Assembly: GCA_048938895.1 (NCBI GenBank) | Contig: JBHLLU010000082.1 | Coordinates: 1-13,623 of the forward strand | DNA length: 13,623 bases | Origin: Promethearchaeota archaeon | GTDB lineage: Archaea > Asgardarchaeota > Lokiarchaeia > Sigyniarchaeales > SOKP01 | Reading direction: 5' to 3' | Part shown: positions 1 through 6,903 of the stretch, in pieces | Position numbering within the stretch: the first letter of the stretch is position 1 | How the letters are laid out: each line of letters starts with the position of its first letter | Position numbers and translations under genes: made by a program | Notes under the pieces: model-generated | The model's database searches: none | Seen by the model: the letters and a program-made list of their open reading frames with translations, nothing else | Told to the model about the DNA's origin: nothing

Positions 1-105
1 ATACATAGATATTACATCAGCTTTAGATTCCCTAATCATTAAGGGAAAATTTACTACTATAATTGAAAGTATGTAAGTAATGACAAATAGCCTAATCTTT
101 TTCAA
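1..105 (-). CDS. 5' end of a secreted/exported protein, truncated by the left window edge (not in ORF track)
   Basis: Reverse complement reads GAGGA (SD-like), 6 nt, TTG at 105, then an open frame to base 1: MKKIRLFVITYILSIIVVNFPLMIRESKADVISMY. This has a basic N-terminus, a hydrophobic core and an S-K-A/D cleavage-like site. Confidence 0.65.
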   Translation of the reverse strand, partial: MKKIRLFVITYILSIIVVNFPLMIRESKADVISMY

Positions 106-596
106 ATAGAATCCTCTTATTTCAAGATGTTAACTTACTAGAATGTCTCTTAAATCTCAATAACTAAGAATGTTTCTATGAAATTTATATATTTTTACCC
201 TTTAAACATAATTTTTATAGAAAATCTTAGCCGTTGCTATGAAAATTTAATACTTATTTTATTTAAGACCTTGATTTAAATAAATAGCTTTAATTATACA
301 TTAATGTCATTTTTCTTTTTTCATTTTCTACATATTCCTCTGTTTTAACTCACGATTATTCAATTGAATTAATTTTTGGGCTAACTAATTGAACGTTTGA
401 TCAATATAACTATCGTTTTATAAGTAAAGTTGAAATTTGAAAATTTTCTATGCAATCTTGTGTTAAATTGAAATTAACCATGATTCCATTAGTTAAATTT
501 ACCATATAAGGGAAAGACTTATAAATCTGCTATATAAATTATATCATACTTAAATAGGAATTCAAGGTGATTAAAAAAAAGTAATAATTTAAGGCA

Positions 597-1307
597 ATGG
601 AAATAGAGAGCAACAATAAAAGATATTATCTCATAGTTGCTGGGATTCTGGTCTTTACTGTATTATCTATTTTTGTTGTACTTGCAATGGGATTTGGGGA
701 CCATCTTATGTATAAAATGGATGATAAATATTCAATTAATGGCGTTTTTCCATTTTTAAAAGATGATATTTCAAAAAATACCAGAAAAATTGAAATCGAG
801 TCGGTACCAGAAAAAGGTGTTTTCGGGCCTTTTGACACTGTACCTGGTGATATGAAAATCTTTGGTCAATATCTTCCAGAAGATCCATTACCATTAAAAA
901 TCACTAATGAATATTTAGATAATTATTGGGTTGCTGTTGGCACTTATGGTGGTTATTCATGGATAAGTGGTTATATTATGGTTATGCAAGCCAAATCAAA
1001 TGAAGAACTTTGGAAGAACACAGTTGGTTTTATTAATATTACCGCTACAGAAATTGAAGGTCCACATGGCTGGACCGTTTACAATCTCACGTTTTCAATT
1101 ATTGGTGATCATCCGATCATTCTAGACAGTAATCATCCCCCAGACTCTCCTCTTGGAGACTTCTGGGTCATGGGACCTAACGATCTAGATAAATGGGTAT
1201 ATCTAAAGGTTTATACCACATGGGAAGGTTGTCCAAAACCCGAACAACAATTTATGGTAATACTGGCGCAAATATCTATCTTTCCGGAGTCCCCAACTCC
1301 AGTATGA
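597..1307 (+). CDS. Hypothetical protein with an N-terminal membrane anchor and a probably extracellular beta-rich domain
   Basis: 236-aa ORF with ATG start. KR is followed by the hydrophobic segment YYLIVAGILVFTVLSIFVVLAMGFG. N-x-S/T sequons are present (NIT, NLT). No family recognised. Confidence 0.8.
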   Translation: MEIESNNKRYYLIVAGILVFTVLSIFVVLAMGFGDHLMYKMDDKYSINGVFPFLKDDISKNTRKIEIESVPEKGVFGPFDTVPGDMKIFGQYLPEDPLPLKITNEYLDNYWVAVGTYGGYSWISGYIMVMQAKSNEELWKNTVGFINITATEIEGPHGWTVYNLTFSIIGDHPIILDSNHPPDSPLGDFWVMGPNDLDKWVYLKVYTTWEGCPKPEQQFMVILAQISIFPESPTPV

Positions 1308-1327
1308 ATTAATAATATACTTTTAAA

Positions 1328-1421
1328 CTGCTGTGTGATCGAAATTGCTCTTTAACAACGATGAGATCGACCTTGATCAAATGATTAACCTCGATCTTTA
1401 AGAAAGATCTCGATCATCAGT
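1328..1421 (+). other. Long imperfect hairpin / structured element downstream of the 236-aa gene
   Basis: TGATCGA 1336-1342 pairs with TCGATCA 1410-1416; GAGATCGA 1363-1370 pairs with TCGATCTT 1391-1398; TTGATC 1373-1378 pairs with GATTAA 1383-1388 (G-U allowed on + strand). Six GATC motifs lie in 80 nt. Confidence 0.5.
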
Positions 1422-1431
1422 ATCTTTATCA

Positions 1432-1450
1432 CCTTTCTCTTTTTTATTTC
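1432..1450 (+). terminator. Pyrimidine/T-rich archaeal-type terminator
   Basis: CCTTTCTCTTTTTTATTTC directly follows the hairpin, downstream of the + strand CDS. Confidence 0.4.
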
Positions 1451-1462
1451 AAGTTTTGTTAA

Positions 1463-1633
1463 CATTTTTCTTATCCATCTAAACTTATAAGAAGATTATA
1501 TCCTAATCCTTTAGGTTTTTTTACAGGAGATGATGATGGATGTATCTCTTTTTGGAAAATAGGGTTTAAAATTATAAGCATCAAAGAAGAAAATAAAAGA
1601 TTTAAAGATTTTATGCTGAAATTCAAGAAATAA
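1463..1633 (+). pseudogene. Possible start-less remnant of a WD40-repeat gene
   Basis: The frame between stops at 1460-1462 and 1631-1633 reads HFSYPSKLIRRLYPNPLGFFTGDDDGCISFWKIGF..., matching the WD40 pattern hhTGxxDGxIxhW(D/K). No start codon lies upstream of the motif. Confidence 0.35.
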
Positions 1634-1666
1634 TATAAATAATTCTTAAAAGTGAAAGTATCTCCT

Positions 1667-1753
1667 ATGTGCGATCATCGATTTCTGAAAAGTGGGGCTA
1701 CTCCGCGAGCTTGGCCTCCAGATAAATTACAAGAATTTAAAATAGAATTATAA
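1667..1753 (+). other. Small ORF or gene fragment (28 aa)
   Basis: ATG-started MCDHRFLKSGATPRAWPPDKLQEFKIEL sits in a locally GC-richer, coding-like patch within AT-rich intergenic DNA. Confidence 0.2.
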
Positions 1754-2006
1754 ATTAGTTTTTTAAGATGATAATCATACTAATAGATTTTAGCAATCTA
1801 AACAATTAATGATATTTAAGCGAAATACAAGTTTTTTAACCCTTCAATTTTTACACTTCCACTACCAATCTTAGTATATACCTAAGTTCTGACTTTTCTT
1901 AAGTATATTTAAATAACTATTAATTCATAATATACTCAAGGGATAAATTGTGCCATAAATTCATATTAAGATATCTAATAATAGGAACTGCCAAAAGGGA
2001 ATAACT

Positions 2007-3563
2007 TTGTCATTAAATAAAAACATTCTTTTTAAGGAACTAATTAACAATTTTTTAGAATTGAATAAAGAAACTGAAGCCATAATTGTATCTGACGAAG
2101 AAGGATTGATTATCGCTGGAGAAACAAGAGAAGATATTGACATGGAGATAGTTTCGGTGTTGACTACTATCGTCAATCCTATATTGGATCGAATTCGGTA
2201 TGAATTTGATTTTAAAAAATTCGGTTCCTGCTCATTTGAAACAGAACATAATAGATTGATTTTTATATCTGTCGATGAAAAAATTATGCTTAGCATTGTC
2301 TTAAATACTATGGCATCAATCGAGCAATATTCTCCTTACGGGTATTTTCTAGCAGAAAAAACGGCTCAGATTATTAATTTGAAAGAAGGAGATAATATTC
2401 AATTATCTGTCCCAAATTTCAGGTACGATGCTGAACAAGCAAGACGAATGAAGAACCAATTGTATCAGTTAGATTTTGATCCACAGGGGATTTATAAATT
2501 TAAATTTATTATTACTGGAGATCATAATGTAGGAAAAACCTCTATAATTCGTCGATTTTCTGAAAATAGATTCCTCTCAGATTATCGTGCTACAATTGGA
2601 CTCAATATTATATCACATGACTTTGAATCTTTTGGGAATCAAATTAATGTTTCTCTGTGGGATATAGGTGCACAAGAATATTTCCGAAGATATCGTAAAA
2701 CTTATTATAACGGTGCTCAAGCAGGATTTATTGTTTTTGATCTTACAAATAGAAAATCATTAGAAAATGTTAAAAATTGGTACAGTGAGTTAAATGAATT
2801 TATAGACAATCCAGAGTTGCCAGTAATGATCATTGGTAATAAAAAGGATTTAACTGAAAAACGCGTTATAAACACTCAGCAAGCCATTAGTATGTCACAA
2901 TCTTTAACTGGATCTACAAATAGAAATGTTTTATACTTTGAAACCAGTGCTTTAACCGGAGAAAATGTTGAAGATGCATTCAGATTAATCTCCTATAATT
3001 TCATAACCAAATGTAAAGAATTAGTTCAACAACAAAGAAATCAAGAATTAATTAATGAAATTGAATATATTCTGCAATTTCAAGAAGATTTAGTCTTGAC
3101 TTTCATCACTGAGAATCCTCTTTGGAATCCTGCATTACAAATTATGATTGAGGCAAATAATAACGATCAACTAGTCAGTTTTAAGGATGAGGAGGATGAA
3201 AAATTTTATCAATACTCAAATGGCTTAGTATTAAAAAATTGTATTTATTTCTTAAAAGATGTAAGTGACTCTCATGGCGTTTTCTGTATATTTGATGCAA
3301 GAGACAAGAATTCAATTAACCCAAAATGGTTATACATCGTCAGTAAAATTATAGAATTTTTAGAAAAAAATAAGGTCCTTGTAATAGGAATCCTTGTATC
3401 AGAAGAAAATGATTGGTCAAAATTGATTCAAGAATTTCTGATTGATGAGGAATTAGAGAGGAAAATGGGATCCATTATTTTCTTTAAGATTGGGAAAAAT
3501 TACCAGTTAGAAATGCATAATCAATTAAAGGCAATGTTAACAGCTATTAAAAATCTTATTTAA
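2007..3563 (+). CDS. Roadblock/LC7 (MglB-like) domain fused to a Rab-like small GTPase and a C-terminal degenerate GTPase-fold domain
   Basis: TTG start after AAAGGGA. aa ~5-125 show the roadblock pattern (EAIIVSDEEGLIIAG, helix, three strands, helix). aa ~163-335 carry G1 GDHNVGKT, G2 ATIG, G3 WDIGAQE, YYNGA, IVFDLT, G4 NKKD and G5 ETSA. aa ~361-518 repeat the GTPase secondary-structure pattern without G motifs. Confidence 0.92.
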   Translation: MSLNKNILFKELINNFLELNKETEAIIVSDEEGLIIAGETREDIDMEIVSVLTTIVNPILDRIRYEFDFKKFGSCSFETEHNRLIFISVDEKIMLSIVLNTMASIEQYSPYGYFLAEKTAQIINLKEGDNIQLSVPNFRYDAEQARRMKNQLYQLDFDPQGIYKFKFIITGDHNVGKTSIIRRFSENRFLSDYRATIGLNIISHDFESFGNQINVSLWDIGAQEYFRRYRKTYYNGAQAGFIVFDLTNRKSLENVKNWYSELNEFIDNPELPVMIIGNKKDLTEKRVINTQQAISMSQSLTGSTNRNVLYFETSALTGENVEDAFRLISYNFITKCKELVQQQRNQELINEIEYILQFQEDLVLTFITENPLWNPALQIMIEANNNDQLVSFKDEEDEKFYQYSNGLVLKNCIYFLKDVSDSHGVFCIFDARDKNSINPKWLYIVSKIIEFLEKNKVLVIGILVSEENDWSKLIQEFLIDEELERKMGSIIFFKIGKNYQLEMHNQLKAMLTAIKNLI

Positions 3564-3567
3564 ACTC

Positions 3568-3602
3568 AAAAAAAATTAAAAAAAAAAGTTAAAAAAGTTA
3601 AA
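3568..3602 (-). terminator. Oligo-T terminator for the - strand 992-aa gene, in the gap between convergent genes
   Basis: Several A-runs on + (T-runs on -) start about 10-15 nt past the stop codon at 3613. Confidence 0.5.
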
Positions 3603-3612
3603 TTAAGAATAG

Positions 3613-6591
3613 TTAAATTAAGAAAAACAAACCTTTTTGTTTGAGTTCCTCCTTTAACTCATTAGTATCATGTAAAGCAATCCTTATTGACTCATATAAC
3701 TCCTTCAATGCATTCAAATCATTATCTAAATTAAGAATATTTTGAAATTCTTTTTGGTATTGTTCGCTTAATAGAAAGATTCTGTAGAACAAGTTTACAT
3801 TGATTATATTGATATTTTCTGGGTATTTTATTTTGCTATCTTTAGGAAGATTAATAGCGTCTTCGTAATTATATGCAGGCCACTCAATACCCACGATATA
3901 TAATATCATGTCTGGGTTCTGATACTTTTGGCAATAATCAATTACAGCATCAATAGATAAATCTATAACAAATAAGATTTGGATCGCACTGATATTTTCT
4001 AAATTGGTATGATCAGTATGTAATTCTTTAGCTAAATTTGAGCTATCGTCAAGTTTTGTAAATCTATTTTCTAACATATTATTATCATTTAGAATTAATC
4101 CATTAATCGTATCTTGATTTTCAGGATAGATTTGAGGATTTGAATAATATTTTATCCCATTCTCATCAAAAAACTTCGTTAATATCTTATTAATACAAGC
4201 ATTTCTTAAAGGAATGGCTTCTGCATTTGATCTGGCTTCCACTTCTAAATCTTTAAAATTTTTATATCTATGTTCCTCAATCTTATCTCCTTTTTTGTAT
4301 AACTGTTGCGATATTTCAGCACACTGTTGATATATTCCAGCCGCTTTAAGATAATCATACACCTTTAAGGCTTCTTTAGCTTCAGTATCTAAAAGAGTTC
4401 TTTTCTCCTTTAATTTATCCAGTTCTTTATCTATTATCAATACTTGTATCTCTTTCTTCTTTGATTTTTTAAGACCAACTACTAATAAGGCTACACCTAA
4501 AGGAGCTGCTATTGCTACAATTATCCACCATGGAAATGCTGTTTGAGGGTTCACACCTTTTTGAACAACTATTTCCACAAAACCTTCATTCCCTAAAGTA
4601 TCATTTGCATAAAATTTAATTGATAAACGACCATTTTCACAATCATCCCAAAGTGTTTGCGAAATTGTTCCATTTTCACTGAAGAATATTTTCACACCAT
4701 CATTTAAAGTATACCACATATACGCGATTCCATTAGGATCAGTAATACTAACAGTGTAATTAGGCGCAATTTGACCACATATATCGAAAAGGAGAGGGGT
4801 GTAAATAGTAATTGTAGGATTATAAATATCTTTCCTAACCATAACTTCGGAAAAACCCACATTGCCTAAAGAATCATTGGCATAGATCTTTATTGATACA
4901 CTTCCATTTCCACACTCGTTCCAACATGTTTGAGATATTGTTCCATTTACTGTGAATAAATCATAAAAACCATCATTTAATGTATACCACATGGAATCCA
5001 CACCATTAACGTCTTGAATTTCCACATTAAAGGTTGGTGGAGTTGCCCCAAAAATATTGGAATTATCAGGGCTATTCACATTGATTGTTGGGGAGATTAT
5101 ATCTTTTCGAACCATAATTTCGGAGAATCCAATATTTCCCCATGAATCGTTCGCAAAAAATTGTATCGATAAGGTACCATTTCCTATCTCATCCCATCGT
5201 GTTTGACTAATAGAACCATTTACACTAAAAGTTGTATTTACTGTGGTTACTGTACCATTAGTTAATCGATACCATCTTGTATCTATATCATTACTATCAT
5301 TAACCTCTATGTTGAAAACTGGTGGTTCCAGCCCAAATATATCATTATCATATGGAGTGTTAATTTTTATATCAGGAGGAATTAAATCAATTTCTACTGG
5401 GCTGCCAAGTGAATAAAATGATGAAGGATCATCTTGATTGTTATATTCTGTTTGAATCCAACCTGATGATTTTATCTCTGTTAACAATCGTACTTCATCA
5501 ATTACACCATCGAAAGCTCGATCTCCCCCCTCATAGTTACCGATATATAATGATTCAGAAGAATCATCAACTGCTGATCCGCTGGGTGATGGTTCTGGAG
5601 TAAGAGATTGTAATATTCCGTTTATATATATAGAAGGAACATTACTGTCTAAATTATCATTATAAGTCACAAAAATATGATTCCATTGAGAAAGGCTAAT
5701 CGAATCTTCGGGAGTATACCATAGACCTCTGTTACCATCGAACCCTCGAAAAAATAGTAAATGATGATTTGCCGCGGGTGATAGTTCTCCATCTACACAC
5801 ATAACCCATCCATCTGTGCCAGCTGAAACAGATGATTTAGCTAAAATTCTCCCATAATCGCCTCCACCCCACCCCTCAGGATAAATCCAAGCGGAGATAC
5901 TTGCGCCCCCATTGAATATATTATCTATACTGGATCCAGAACTCATATTTGAATAATCATCAACCCCATCATAGTCTCGACCTCTCGCAATGTATCCTGG
6001 AGAATCAGCAGCCTCATAGTTGGTGCCATCATTGTTATTCGAAGTTGAGTCTAATAGTGTCGTATTTAAGTGCCATACTGCTTTAAAATCTGAACTCCAA
6101 ACCCCGCTTGGATTTTGCTGCGAGCCCATAGTGGCGTTTCCATAATACATATAGATTTTAGTATCAACAGTACTTGAAAGGAAAGGAATCCTGACCCAAG
6201 CCTCTAATCGAGCGTGAGTACCATTCTTATTAAATGCTTCTATTTCGTGATCTAGCCAATCTGTGCTATTAGAAAATGCAATATCATCACCATCTCCTTG
6301 AGTATGGTCGTGTAAATCTGTGTCATTAATAGAAATGAACAATGGAAAATTGGTAAGATCCTCAGAAACTTTTAAATGATTTATAGTTATTTCCTTATAA
6401 TATGCAAAATAAATATTATTTGGAGGATTATTTGAAAGTTTAATTCCTGAATCTATGTCATTATTAATTTCATTCTTGTATTTACTAAAATCATGAATTT
6501 TAGTATCATAATTCACCCAATAAATCATTGTAATTGAGCTTACTATAAATATTATGAATAAAACTCGAATTTGATGTCTAATTTCCTTCAA
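3613..6591 (-). CDS. Cell-surface membrane protein: signal anchor, DUF2341, LamG/ConA-like domain, three Ig-like repeats, TM helix and a ~285-aa cytoplasmic region
   Basis: TTG start and N-terminal hydrophobic helix. DUF2341-type motifs: DLTNFPLFI, GDDIAF, LDHEIE, AWVRIP, IYMYYGN. LamG motifs: SISAWIYP, QWNHIFVTY, IYING, FDGVIDEVR, WIQTEYNNQ. Three ~92-aa repeats follow. TM segment PWWIIVAIAAPLGVALLVVGL is followed by KKSKKK. Confidence 0.9.
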   Translation of the reverse strand: MKEIRHQIRVLFIIFIVSSITMIYWVNYDTKIHDFSKYKNEINNDIDSGIKLSNNPPNNIYFAYYKEITINHLKVSEDLTNFPLFISINDTDLHDHTQGDGDDIAFSNSTDWLDHEIEAFNKNGTHARLEAWVRIPFLSSTVDTKIYMYYGNATMGSQQNPSGVWSSDFKAVWHLNTTLLDSTSNNNDGTNYEAADSPGYIARGRDYDGVDDYSNMSSGSSIDNIFNGGASISAWIYPEGWGGGDYGRILAKSSVSAGTDGWVMCVDGELSPAANHHLLFFRGFDGNRGLWYTPEDSISLSQWNHIFVTYNDNLDSNVPSIYINGILQSLTPEPSPSGSAVDDSSESLYIGNYEGGDRAFDGVIDEVRLLTEIKSSGWIQTEYNNQDDPSSFYSLGSPVEIDLIPPDIKINTPYDNDIFGLEPPVFNIEVNDSNDIDTRWYRLTNGTVTTVNTTFSVNGSISQTRWDEIGNGTLSIQFFANDSWGNIGFSEIMVRKDIISPTINVNSPDNSNIFGATPPTFNVEIQDVNGVDSMWYTLNDGFYDLFTVNGTISQTCWNECGNGSVSIKIYANDSLGNVGFSEVMVRKDIYNPTITIYTPLLFDICGQIAPNYTVSITDPNGIAYMWYTLNDGVKIFFSENGTISQTLWDDCENGRLSIKFYANDTLGNEGFVEIVVQKGVNPQTAFPWWIIVAIAAPLGVALLVVGLKKSKKKEIQVLIIDKELDKLKEKRTLLDTEAKEALKVYDYLKAAGIYQQCAEISQQLYKKGDKIEEHRYKNFKDLEVEARSNAEAIPLRNACINKILTKFFDENGIKYYSNPQIYPENQDTINGLILNDNNMLENRFTKLDDSSNLAKELHTDHTNLENISAIQILFVIDLSIDAVIDYCQKYQNPDMILYIVGIEWPAYNYEDAINLPKDSKIKYPENINIINVNLFYRIFLLSEQYQKEFQNILNLDNDLNALKELYESIRIALHDTNELKEELKQKGLFFLI
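4558..5388 (-). repeat. Three tandem diverged Ig-like domain repeats (~91-95 aa) within the surface protein
   Basis: Each copy reads DxxxPxIxIxxP...WYxL...NGxISQTxW...NGxxSIxxxANDxxGNxGFxExxVxK. Confidence 0.85.
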
Positions 6592-6817
6592 CCCAAAACC
6601 CCTTTTTCCGTTTTAAAATATCTTCTTTTATAGAAATAGTACAGTTATGTAAAAAAATAGTGTTTAATATATTTAAATCAATGTAAACAGTGATGATCCA
6701 TAACCAATTTGGGATCTTAGTAGTTGAAATGAAAATTTAATAAGTAGAAATTGAAATATCGATAACGAGTCATTTAAATATTATTTTTTTTATGATAAGA
6801 ATGAAAAAAAGTAAAAT

Positions 6818-6884
6818 ACCTACTTATTAGGTTAATCATCCTATGTTAACATCATAGGATTTTTAGACTTTAATTTTTAGACTT
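6818..6884. promoter_or_regulatory. Putative regulator-binding repeats in the divergent promoter region
   Basis: Perfect 8-bp inverted repeat ATCCTATG 6838-6845 / CATAGGAT 6853-6860; 12-bp direct repeat ATTTTTAGACTT at 6859-6870 and 6873-6884; short ACCTA/TAGGT inverted repeat at 6818-6832. Confidence 0.35.
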
Positions 6885-6903
6885 AGAATTAAGATGAGAC
6901 ATT

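Noticed and set aside
626-838. 70-aa - strand ORF
   Set aside because: Antisense shadow inside the 236-aa gene.
1305-1421. TGA stop followed by a 3' hairpin starting with ATGA, as a possible selenocysteine codon plus eukaryote-like SECIS
   Set aside because: The 3' arm lacks the GA needed opposite AUGA for the kink-turn (it reads TCTTTA). Readthrough would add only 15 residues after the UGA, with no selenoprotein context.
1961-2296. 111-aa - strand ORF
   Set aside because: Antisense to the roadblock domain, with S/I-rich shadow composition.
5409-5603. 64-aa + strand ORF
   Set aside because: Antisense to the LamG domain, with no motif.
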